Shown here piece after piece: positions 49,765-58,144 of a stretch of 58,144 nt of DNA. Numbering within the stretch: position 1 is the first letter of the stretch; each line of letters opens with the position of its first letter. The notes below the pieces were generated by a model, which did no database searches, was not told the origin of the DNA, and worked only from the letters and a program-made list of their open reading frames with translations. The translations under genes and the position numbers were made by a program. This DNA comes from Pseudomonadota bacterium. Lineage in GTDB: Bacteria > Bdellovibrionota_B > Oligoflexia > Oligoflexales > CAIMVM01. The stretch is from the NCBI GenBank assembly GCA_037142195.1, contig JBAXBA010000012.1:1-58144 (forward strand), read 5' to 3'.

Positions 49765-51011
49765 ACCTGAATGACTTCTATCAAAAAAGACAAGAGTTGT
49801 ACTTAAACGTTTCTCCACGCACCCAAAATATCGTCTATGTCCTGATGGCTTTAGGGTTGCTAGGTGTAGGATATGGGTTTGCTACGGAACCTACCCGCGT
49901 CTGGGGAGCTCTCCTTACTTCTGGCTTCTTCGCTTTTTCCATCGCCTTTGGCGGGGCCATTTTTGGTCAAATGCAAGATGTAGTGGGAGCCGTATGGGGA
50001 AGACCGATTCGTCGGATTCATCAAGCTTTTTCTGCGTTTATTTTACCAGTGAGTATTCTTTTGGTAGTGATCATGTTCGCTGCTCGATTTAAAATCCTAG
50101 GTGCTGGTGAAGTTTACAAATGGATTGCAGATCCTGCTATGATTGCCCATAAGGACGGTAAGAACTTTTGGTTGACCCCAAATTTTTGGCTCATCCGAAA
50201 TGTCGGCTGGATCGTTGTGATTAACCTCGTACTTAACTGGTTTAAAAAAGAAAATTTTGCGGCGGATAAAGATTTTTTGGCTGGCAAACTTGATCAAGCA
50301 GCTGCGAGAGCTAAACTTTCCAGCCAACGACTTAGGTTTTGGTCAGGCCCTCTTCTTTTTGTGGTCGCTTGTGGGTTTACTTTTTTGACCTTTGACTTAA
50401 CGATGTCCCTGTCTCCAAACTGGTATTCAACCCTTTGGGGGGTATGGTCTTTTGCTGTTTTGATGCAGTCCCTACTCGCCTCCATTTTGATTGCCCTATT
50501 TCTTCTAGAAAAAACACCTCTTTCTGGTTATTACCGAAAAGGCGTTGGCGGCCAATTCCATGATGTTGGTAAGATGATGCACGGATTTACAGCTTTTTTT
50601 GGCTATACCACTTACGCCCATATCCTCACTTACTGGTATGCAAACATGCCTGAGGAGACCGAATACTTTATCCATCGTCTTCATTCACCTTGGGTTTATA
50701 TCGTCATTGCTGTTGCCATTTTATGTTTTGTGCTCCCCTTCTTTACTTTGATTCCCAAGCCAGCAAAATATACGCGTTCGGTAACTCTACCACTTTGTGT
50801 ATTGGTGCTTTTTGGACAATGGCTTAACTACAATCAGATCGTCATGTCTGAAGTCATTACTAAAGATTACGGAATTCCCGTAGCGGAATTTGGCGCTTTG
50901 TTTTTAGTCTTTGGAGGATTTCTCTTTTCTTTCATGGCCCGAGCCAAGTCGAGCCCCATGATCCCTGTAACGGATCCTAAGCTTATAGACGCCTTACATT
51001 CCGGACATTAA
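49761..51011 (+). CDS. actF: Alternative complex III ActF membrane subunit
   Basis: Multi-TM, W.RP.RRI, D..MSLSPNWYST, HDVGK, YWYANMPEET; ATGA overlap with actE stop. Confidence 0.9.
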   Translation: MNLNDFYQKRQELYLNVSPRTQNIVYVLMALGLLGVGYGFATEPTRVWGALLTSGFFAFSIAFGGAIFGQMQDVVGAVWGRPIRRIHQAFSAFILPVSILLVVIMFAARFKILGAGEVYKWIADPAMIAHKDGKNFWLTPNFWLIRNVGWIVVINLVLNWFKKENFAADKDFLAGKLDQAAARAKLSSQRLRFWSGPLLFVVACGFTFLTFDLTMSLSPNWYSTLWGVWSFAVLMQSLLASILIALFLLEKTPLSGYYRKGVGGQFHDVGKMMHGFTAFFGYTTYAHILTYWYANMPEETEYFIHRLHSPWVYIVIAVAILCFVLPFFTLIPKPAKYTRSVTLPLCVLVLFGQWLNYNQIVMSEVITKDYGIPVAEFGALFLVFGGFLFSFMARAKSSPMIPVTDPKLIDALHSGH

Positions 51012-51018
51012 AAAAACG

Positions 51019-51047
51019 AGAAGGCCCGAAAGGGTCTTCTTTTTTTT
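51019..51047 (+). terminator. Rho-independent terminator of the act operon
   Basis: AGAAGGCCC-GAAA-GGGTCTTCT-T7. Confidence 0.88.
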
Positions 51048-51114
51048 CTAACATTTAGATGAGATTTTCCCACGGGTCGGGTGAAATTTTTCAGATTCCA
51101 GTCTTTGATAGACT

Positions 51115-52305
51115 TCAAGGGTCTAAAGGAAAGTTTGAGAAAGCCAGAGAAACTTTACGACCCGCCTGAATTACAGCTCTCTTCCAATCAAAATTAGCAT
51201 CTGGCAGTCCACTCTTAGTGGAGTGAAGTTTTAGCTCGCCTTGATAAAGATTGCTGAACGGAATGATTTGTACCTGAGCCAGTTCTAAAGTTTCTTTTTT
51301 TAAGAGTACACGAGCAATAATATTTTTGTGATTTGATACGATTCCCGAATGTGAAAAATTACCAAGCCCATGAAACACAATTCCCTTGCCGCCATTTGAT
51401 TTTTCAATCGCCTCCACTTCTCCCCATCTGTGCTCGCCTTCAGAAAAGACAATGTCGCCCCCCGCTTCTTTAATAAATCTTAAAGCATAGGCTTTTCCCT
51501 GTTCCAGGGTAGATTGGGTATGCACCGATAGAATCTTAATTTTTGCATCAGATCGTCCCATCGCTTGCAGAATTTGTTCCCCCTGATACTTTGCTTCTCC
51601 TCTAGACGTAGAATGGGTTCGCCAATTTAGAAAAGATACGGCTGCAAAGGCTACTTTAATTTTCTTGCCTTTGAGCTGGAAGATGCGAGTGGAAACTTTG
51701 GAAATCTCGTGGGACTTACCAATGCCATGCCAAAGAATTTCCTTACCCTTAGCTAATGTCGAAAGTTCGAAGCGCGTTCGCATGACACCAGTCATCTTTT
51801 CGTCGAACTGTGCACAATCCTCAGCATGGTTATTACTCACTCCCAAGAGATTAAATCCAAAATCAAAAGCCTCTTTCAACGCCCTGGGAGGTGAAAGAAA
51901 AGGAAACTGCACGGGATTCCATTTTTGACAGCTAGGCCCCACACTGCTTTCCCAATTTAAAAAGTTCAAATCCCCTCCAAGAATCAGACCCTCCGGATCA
52001 AAAGAACGTAAAATGGAAGAAAACTCACTTTTTTTAAGTTCCGGATCACTTTCTGTCCAAGCCGTATCACCCACACCGCGCACATCTATATAGTCTTCAC
52101 TCGATGGAAAAGGCATTGCTGGCAAATCAACCGACATGGGAAGGGGGGAGCTGCTCGGCCTTTTCTCACTGGAACTCGAAATAGCATTTACTGAAGCTGC
52201 CCCTAAAGTCCGATGAGATTCCCTGAGCGGACCCGATTGGGCAGCTGCATCTCGTAGAGCTAGAAAAAGACATGCGATACTAATTTCCATTTTCAAACTT
52301 AGCAA
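51115..52305 (-). CDS. CapA/PGA_cap family metallophosphatase, exported
   Basis: VGD, NFLNWES, SNNHAED, SVH, GEH, GLGNF motifs; GGAG before TTG. Confidence 0.8.
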   Translation of the reverse strand: MLSLKMEISIACLFLALRDAAAQSGPLRESHRTLGAASVNAISSSSEKRPSSSPLPMSVDLPAMPFPSSEDYIDVRGVGDTAWTESDPELKKSEFSSILRSFDPEGLILGGDLNFLNWESSVGPSCQKWNPVQFPFLSPPRALKEAFDFGFNLLGVSNNHAEDCAQFDEKMTGVMRTRFELSTLAKGKEILWHGIGKSHEISKVSTRIFQLKGKKIKVAFAAVSFLNWRTHSTSRGEAKYQGEQILQAMGRSDAKIKILSVHTQSTLEQGKAYALRFIKEAGGDIVFSEGEHRWGEVEAIEKSNGGKGIVFHGLGNFSHSGIVSNHKNIIARVLLKKETLELAQVQIIPFSNLYQGELKLHSTKSGLPDANFDWKRAVIQAGRKVSLAFSNFPLDP

Positions 52306-52462
52306 TCGTACTCCACGGGCCTACTTGGTTTCTCTCACATTCCATGCCGTTACCGCTGGACCTAAAAATTTGGAACTCGAAAAACGCTAACTTTTTTTTA
52401 GAAACTCTTTGAAGTTTCACCTTGCTGTTGCCCCCAACGGGTACCTAGTTCCAACATTCCGC

Positions 52463-52489
52463 ATATCGGACGCTTTTTTGTAAAAATAA
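52463..52489 (-). promoter_or_regulatory. Weak sigma28-type promoter upstream of the CapA-family gene
   Basis: TTAT-N15-TCCGATAT. Confidence 0.3.
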
Positions 52490-52559
52490 AATAGTAAAGC
52501 ACCTCTTCCCATGGTTCCGGGAGGTTAGCGAGCCCGAGAAGCGTCTCCAGACAACCTCT

Positions 52560-52637
52560 TTACTAGAGAAAGTTACTAGAGAAAGTTACTAGAGAAAGTT
52601 ACTAGAGAAAGTTACTAGAGAAAGTTACTAGAGAAAG
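52560..52637. repeat. Perfect 13-bp tandem repeat (TTACTAGAGAAAG x6)
   Basis: Six identical units counted directly; followed by hairpin CCTCATC-TT-GATGAGG. Confidence 0.98.
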
Positions 52638-52730
52638 GCCTCATCTTGATGAGGTTATTCGAAAACAAATAGCAAAAGCTTCTGAACTGGAAACTTGCCG
52701 TTTCACGTTGATAGGAGACTTTTCAGTTTT

Positions 52731-54518
52731 TTAAGGCCTGGGGGTAGCTTCTGGCGGCACACCTAAGTTAAGACTCCACTCCTGAATGAGCCTATGGTAC
52801 CAAGCCGTAAATAGCTCTTCTGGTCGAAGCCTTGATCCTTTTTTTTGAACGTCTCTAATTTTGATAGTTTTCTGGGTCAAGGGAAAGTAAAGAGCCTCTC
52901 CCAAATCAGCAAAAACGGGCAGAGTTCGCGGCGCAAAAGGGGATTGAGAAAGAGGGGCATTGAGTTTAAGGCCCATGATTTCAGAGGCAAAGTAAGCCAA
53001 GTCTTTCTGGCTAACCGGGGCCGAGATCACCTCGGGCTTGACACTCGCCTCTACAAGACCCCCCGAAATTAAAGCTGTGATGCGGGTTAATTTATCTTCT
53101 TTCGATGTATTTTCTTTGGAGGGAGTCTCATGGCCATGGTCACCAACTGCTATTAAAATCATATTTTCCCAATAACCGTCTGATTTTAGTCCGAGGACAA
53201 GCTGATTCAAGGCACTATCCGCATAGCTTGCTGTAAGCCATGATGGGGATGCGACTTGGCTCGACTGTTCTTTCAAACTCGCTGGCGCATCCGAGGGGAG
53301 AACCCAAGGAATATGATTAGACATCGTAAGAATCATCCCTAAGGAATACTTCCGAGATTCTCGGACTAGTAGCCGAATCTTACTTTCTGCTAATGTCATA
53401 AGACTAAAGTCACTAATTCCCCACGGCGTCATGGGAAGCTCTGGCGCAAAATCTTCCATGGAGTATCGCCATTTTACTCCCTGACCTTCCCAAAAAACTT
53501 TCTGGGCATCGAAAAGTCCCATCCCCCCGTGAATCCAAAAACTGGACTCTTCCGTCAAATTCGGGAGACATTTTAATTTAATTTCCGGGTGATTGCGCAT
53601 CGTAGAACTCATGACACTTCCTGGATACCCACAAAAAAGCGCCTCCTGCCCTCCCCGCGTCACTGTGCCGGTAGAAGTCATGGCTTCAAAAAGCAATCCC
53701 TGGTGACCCAGTTGAGTGATGTGAGGTTGAAAGGATTTTCGGTCAACTTCCCTTTGCCCTTCCATAAGCACAAAAAGAAAGATGGGCTTATGCCCAGCCG
53801 CGACGGAACGATCCCATGCTTTTTTAATGACTTGGACGTCCTGATCCATGGCGGGCTTAGCAGCTCTAGTAAAGCCTGAATTGTTAAAGGAAAGGCCATA
53901 GTAAGAAGACAGTTTCGAGAGCTCCGATTCTGTTAAACCCTCCACGAAGGGTTCCCTAAGAAACTTAACCGCCAAGTTTTCCACAACATTTGATTGCAAG
54001 TTTTCATGAACAAACCACTGAATTTTATACTTTATATGCAGTACATGGGCTCCTAAAATCACAAGCGATCCCAAGAGGAGTCCCCTCAAGCCGATTTGAT
54101 CTTTCTTAAAAAGGTAAGGAACGGCTAAAATCCAACCCATCCCCAAACTAGAAAATAAAATCACATCAGGATCTAGAAGGCTGGTGAGCTGAGACCTCAG
54201 AAATACCCATTCAAAGAGATAAGTAAGATGGAACGGAAGAATCTGCGATTTAAAATATCCCACGTAGGCCTGATGACCAGAGAGTCCTACTAGCAGAAGT
54301 AGCAGACTCACAAAACTGGCTCCCCTCCAAACTCGGCCGAGCATCAAAACGATTAAGGTCAAGAGCCAGCTGATCCAAATATCGCTTAGAATACCAACGA
54401 CGACAGACCGAGCTACGTTTCCATAAAACTCAGGGGCCAAATGAAGCCAGCTTGCCCATCTATGAATAAGAAATAATCCTAAAGCCCCCCAAAAAAATCG
54501 GGGAAATGGCATATTCAT
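52731..54518 (-). CDS. LTA synthase/OpgB-like membrane-anchored sulfatase-fold phosphoglycerol transferase
   Basis: About 5 N-terminal TM helices; FVLMEG, catalytic-Thr-like T.RG.EA, WG..D, TMSNH.P, YADSAL, GDHG. Confidence 0.82.
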   Translation of the reverse strand: MNMPFPRFFWGALGLFLIHRWASWLHLAPEFYGNVARSVVVGILSDIWISWLLTLIVLMLGRVWRGASFVSLLLLLVGLSGHQAYVGYFKSQILPFHLTYLFEWVFLRSQLTSLLDPDVILFSSLGMGWILAVPYLFKKDQIGLRGLLLGSLVILGAHVLHIKYKIQWFVHENLQSNVVENLAVKFLREPFVEGLTESELSKLSSYYGLSFNNSGFTRAAKPAMDQDVQVIKKAWDRSVAAGHKPIFLFVLMEGQREVDRKSFQPHITQLGHQGLLFEAMTSTGTVTRGGQEALFCGYPGSVMSSTMRNHPEIKLKCLPNLTEESSFWIHGGMGLFDAQKVFWEGQGVKWRYSMEDFAPELPMTPWGISDFSLMTLAESKIRLLVRESRKYSLGMILTMSNHIPWVLPSDAPASLKEQSSQVASPSWLTASYADSALNQLVLGLKSDGYWENMILIAVGDHGHETPSKENTSKEDKLTRITALISGGLVEASVKPEVISAPVSQKDLAYFASEIMGLKLNAPLSQSPFAPRTLPVFADLGEALYFPLTQKTIKIRDVQKKGSRLRPEELFTAWYHRLIQEWSLNLGVPPEATPRP

Positions 54519-54880
54519 CAGTCCAACCTAAGCCAAAGAAGTCTAGAGGTGGAACTGTATACTAAATTCTCATGACTTAGCAAAGTTTCTAAGATCGATT
54601 TGCAAAGGAAGGCAAACTTTCTCTAAGTCTTCTCTAGAACTAGCCTATCGAAGGACCATGCACTAAAAAATACGTGAAAAGTAAAATCACAAAGTTCCAA
54701 AAATTCACCATAACCACCTGCTTTGAAGAGAGTCCCAGCCAAGGTTTCGGAATCCCTAAAACTTAGTTTAGGTTTTTCCTAAATAATGTAGGTTTATCAA
54801 GTCATATTGGGCTATTACAAAATAAACACCAGGCGTGCTATACTTCCCTAGGCCATGTTTCATAAGTTGCAGGGGGTGCC

Positions 54881-55108
54881 ATGAGCAAAGTTTTTGAAAC
54901 GGCCACGAAAGTGGCCATTCGCGAAATCCTCGAAAATCATACACAGACCAGTAAGTTTGGTTATTTTTTAAGCGAAGAAAGCCTCTCTGCTGCGGCGGAC
55001 GATCTGTTTGAGCTCATAGCGACCTCTAGAACCCTGAAGGAAGCGGGAGATAGATTCCTCTCAAGTCAAATGCCTCCTGAACGGCCCAGAAATAAGCCCT
55101 TTAGATAG
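54881..55108 (+). CDS. Hypothetical protein
   Basis: 75-aa ORF, GGGG RBS, same strand as downstream miaE. Confidence 0.6.
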   Translation: MSKVFETATKVAIREILENHTQTSKFGYFLSEESLSAAADDLFELIATSRTLKEAGDRFLSSQMPPERPRNKPFR

Positions 55109-55198
55109 ATCTCCTTGAGTGTGCCTCTGAGAGGCCTACGAAATCCTCTGGACTCTAGGCGAGTATGGCTCTAAAACATCCCATGTTTAGAGGAAACC

Positions 55199-55786
55199 AT
55201 GCTGCCTATAGACCTTCCCCTCAAAGAAAAAACACCTCCCGAGTGGGTTCATTTTCCACTTAAGGATTTCCATAACTTTTTACTGGATCACGCCAGCTGC
55301 GAAAGAAAAGCAGCCGCTTTAGCCATGTCTTTTCTTTCTAAATATGCTGACAAAAAAGCGGTCATTGAGCCCATGGTCTGCTTGGCTCGAGAAGAGCTTG
55401 AACATTTCCATGAGGTTTGGAGAATTATCGCAAAAAAAGGGCTCGAGGTTTCTCCTTACGATGAAAAAGATCCCTATGTGACAAAGCTTATGGCCGATCT
55501 ACGACATGGGCGAGACGAAAGGTTTCTTGACCGCCTCTTGATGTCTGCTCTCATTGAAGCGCGCGGATACGAACGCTTTCTTCTGCTAGCGGAGGCTCTA
55601 GAGGACCCCGAGCTTAAAGACTTTTACCGCCACCTCGCGGAACGAGAGGCTGGCCATTATATGATATTTTTAAGAATTGCCCGTCACTATTTTACAGAAT
55701 CGGAAGTAGCTCAGAATCTCGAGCGAATGTCCCACCTAGAATCAAAAGCCATGCTGGAGACGCCCTTCTCTTCGCGCCTGCACTAA
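55199..55786 (+). CDS. miaE: tRNA-(ms2io6A37) hydroxylase
   Basis: DHASCERKAA, LAREELEHF, LIEARGYERF, EAGHY di-iron motifs. Confidence 0.93.
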   Translation: MLPIDLPLKEKTPPEWVHFPLKDFHNFLLDHASCERKAAALAMSFLSKYADKKAVIEPMVCLAREELEHFHEVWRIIAKKGLEVSPYDEKDPYVTKLMADLRHGRDERFLDRLLMSALIEARGYERFLLLAEALEDPELKDFYRHLAEREAGHYMIFLRIARHYFTESEVAQNLERMSHLESKAMLETPFSSRLH

Positions 55787-55845
55787 TATTTGACCTCGTT
55801 CCTTGATGAAAAATCTGTTAAGATTCTTGAAATCTTGGAGCTAAA

Positions 55846-57120
55846 TTGGAAACTGAAACTCTCATCAATATTGAAAATACGTTTCGCAAAGCCGTCATTG
55901 TCGGCATGCAGATTGATGAGCAGGAATATGAAATCATTCAAGACCTTAATGAACTAGAAGCTTTATTAAGAACTCTTGGTATTGCTACAGTCGGACGCAT
56001 GATTCAAAAACGAGTTCGTCCCACAGCAAGTCACCTGATTGGAACCGGCAAAGCCGAAGAAGTTAAAGCCCTATGTGACCAAGAAGGTGCTGGACTTGTG
56101 GTCATTGATCACGTGTTGTCGGGCCCGCAGATTCGCAACTTAGAATCAGACATTAAACGCCAAGTTGTAGACCGCTCGGGTGTAATTTTAGATATTTTTG
56201 CTAGGCACGCAAAAACCAATGCTGCTAAAACACAAGTAAAAATAGCACAGCTCGAATACTTGATGCCTAGACTTGTAGGCCTTTGGACCCACTTTGGTCG
56301 CCAAAGTGGTAGCGGTGCCGGTGAAAAACAAATTGAAATGGACCGACGAAAGAACCGCGACCGTATCGGCAAACTAAAAAAACGCCTGGAAGAAATTGAA
56401 GGTGAGCGCAAGGTTCAAAGGCGCTCAAGACGAAATGAGATCAAAGTAGCTGTGGTAGGGTATACCAACTCAGGTAAAACAACACTCATGAAAGGCCTGA
56501 CCAGTGCGGATACCGATGGAAAGGATGAATTGTTTGCAACACTAGTCGCTTCCACTCGCCCTATCGATCCGAACACTCGCCCCAAAATACTACTTTCGGA
56601 CACCGTGGGCTTTATTAGAAAGCTCCCCCATGGACTTATCGAGTCGTTTAAATCAACTTTGGAAGAAGTGCTTGATGCCGACCTACTACTTCACGTCGTG
56701 GATGTTTCTCACACAAGTTATAACTCTCAAATGGAAACGACTGCTGAGGTCCTCAAAGAAATCGGCGCAGACCATATTCCGACCATTCTTGCCTTCAATA
56801 AAATGGATCAAGTTGACGACCCTTTCCTCCCCAGAATATTGAAGAAAAAATACTCAGGTTCAATCTGTCTGTCTGCCCATTCTTCAGATGACATTAAAAG
56901 GCTTAGAAATCATATTTTCGAGTATTTTGAAGATAAGTTTCACGAGGCCTGTGTTCTGGTAAGACCTGATGAAAGAGATGTCCTATCCCTCGTTCATCAA
57001 AAATGTATTATTATTGATGCCAACTATGAAGTGGAAGGCGAGATTCGTTTTCATATCCGCGCTCCAGAAATTATACTTTCCAAATTAAAAAAATCTGACT
57101 CTCATGGAGGAAAATCGTGA
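55846..57120 (+). CDS. hflX: GTPase HflX
   Basis: IG.GK.EE, Q.RNLE, ILDIFA.HA, AQLEY..PRL, GYTNSGKT, DTVGFI, NKMD. Confidence 0.96.
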   Translation: METETLINIENTFRKAVIVGMQIDEQEYEIIQDLNELEALLRTLGIATVGRMIQKRVRPTASHLIGTGKAEEVKALCDQEGAGLVVIDHVLSGPQIRNLESDIKRQVVDRSGVILDIFARHAKTNAAKTQVKIAQLEYLMPRLVGLWTHFGRQSGSGAGEKQIEMDRRKNRDRIGKLKKRLEEIEGERKVQRRSRRNEIKVAVVGYTNSGKTTLMKGLTSADTDGKDELFATLVASTRPIDPNTRPKILLSDTVGFIRKLPHGLIESFKSTLEEVLDADLLLHVVDVSHTSYNSQMETTAEVLKEIGADHIPTILAFNKMDQVDDPFLPRILKKKYSGSICLSAHSSDDIKRLRNHIFEYFEDKFHEACVLVRPDERDVLSLVHQKCIIIDANYEVEGEIRFHIRAPEIILSKLKKSDSHGGKS

Positions 57121-58144
57121 TCTTAAAGTTTGACAATCGTTTTTTTGGCGAAGCTTTGAAAGAATCCTCAAAGGCATTAGAGGAAGATTGTTTGAAGAAT
57201 CTTCAACTTTTAATGCGAAAAGAATGCTTGGGAAAAGAATATACCGGTTGGATGAACTGGCCCAAACAAAAAGGTTTTGAAACTTTAAAGAGAGTCAAAA
57301 ATCACATTAATTTACTTGGTCAGCCCTATGACACTGTGGTCGTCATCGGTATTGGCGGATCTTATCTTGGCACCAAGGCCATTCACGACGCCTTAAGTCA
57401 TCGCTACCAAGAAGCTCTCGCTTTAAGCGGCACGGACCTTTCCACAAAACCCATAGTTTATGCAGGGCATAACCTATCCGAAACCGAGCTCATTGAGCTA
57501 TTTGACTATCTCGACCATCGAAATCCCATCGTAAATGTCATTTCGAAATCTGGAACCACCACAGAACCTGGAGTGGGCTTTCGAGTGATTAAAAACTATA
57601 TGGAAGCCAGATATGGAAAAGAATTGGCCTCGAGACGCATTATCGCTACCACAGATCCTAAAAAGGGAGCCTTACGTGGACTTGCGGAACAAAATGGCTA
57701 TCACTCCTTTGATGTTCCCAGTGATGTGGGCGGTCGATTCTCCGTATTGACAGCAGTAGGCCTGGTTCCCCTTGTCCTCGCCGGCCACAATGTGGATGCC
57801 CTTCTAAAAGGCGCAGATCGCTTTTTCAGCTCTCTCTATACGGGAATGCAGGAAGGAACACTGGAACGCCTGGAAGCCTTTGATGCCATTCGTTATGCTG
57901 CCGCGCGACTAGCTGCTTGGAATAGTGGATTTAGGGTTGAAATCATGGCTTTTGGGGAACCTAAATTAGCTGGACTTGTGGAGTGGTGGAAACAACTTTT
58001 TGGAGAATCAGAAGGAAAGGACGGCAAGGGAATATTCCCAGCGGGCCTTAACTGTACGACCGATTTGCATTCCCTGGGACAATACGTTCAAGACGGCGTT
58101 AGAAACATTTTAGAAACGTTTCTTGCCGTCGAAGAGACAAGATG
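57117..58144 (+). CDS. pgi: Glucose-6-phosphate isomerase (3'-truncated by window end; missing from the ORF track)
   Basis: Manual translation from GTG 57117 (GGAGG RBS, GTGA overlap with hflX): VVIGIGGSYLG, ISKSGTTTEP, VGGRFSVL, QLFGESEGK, DLHSLGQY. Confidence 0.96.
   Translation, partial: MILKFDNRFFGEALKESSKALEEDCLKNLQLLMRKECLGKEYTGWMNWPKQKGFETLKRVKNHINLLGQPYDTVVVIGIGGSYLGTKAIHDALSHRYQEALALSGTDLSTKPIVYAGHNLSETELIELFDYLDHRNPIVNVISKSGTTTEPGVGFRVIKNYMEARYGKELASRRIIATTDPKKGALRGLAEQNGYHSFDVPSDVGGRFSVLTAVGLVPLVLAGHNVDALLKGADRFFSSLYTGMQEGTLERLEAFDAIRYAAARLAAWNSGFRVEIMAFGEPKLAGLVEWWKQLFGESEGKDGKGIFPAGLNCTTDLHSLGQYVQDGVRNILETFLAVEETR

Noticed and set aside
52560..52637. Possible CRISPR array
   Set aside because: 13-bp units are contiguous with no spacers and there are no cas genes; same for 4262-4308
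1..58144. Prophage, IS or anti-phage defence island
   Set aside because: No integrase, transposase, reverse transcriptase, phage structural or restriction-modification motifs recognised

Overview
Chromosomal window of a Gram-negative bacterium with moderate GC. I infer Bdellovibrionota, probably Oligoflexia-like, from the gene content: alternative complex III, a GC/TM/basic-tail sorted protease, many orphan lipoproteins and sigma28-type promoters on non-flagellar genes. The backbone is housekeeping: tatD, leuS-hemJ, mlaE, rdgB, bolA, argS, nadE, fba, an ABC1/UbiB kinase, HPF, hemW, oppABCDF, uvrB-uvrC, actABCDEF, miaE, hflX and a truncated pgi. I see no rRNA, tRNA, CRISPR array or transposase. 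The accessory genes are the most interesting part. (1) A lipoprotein carries a recognisable colicin M-type (lipid II-cleaving) catalytic domain. (2) A FliA/sigma28-like promoter (TAAA-N15-GCCGATA) recurs in front of secreted hydrolases, lipoproteins and signalling genes. (3) A di-haem c domain is fused to a probable outer-membrane beta-barrel. (4) A secretin N0-like domain stands alone, next to a kinase-less receiver/Hpt/TPR/PilZ-like cluster. (5) OppC has an inserted FN3 domain. (6) A CHAP-like lipoprotein has a His-to-Asp change. (7) There are two candidate structured ncRNAs and two perfect tandem repeats. All family calls are by eye from motifs; no database searches were run.
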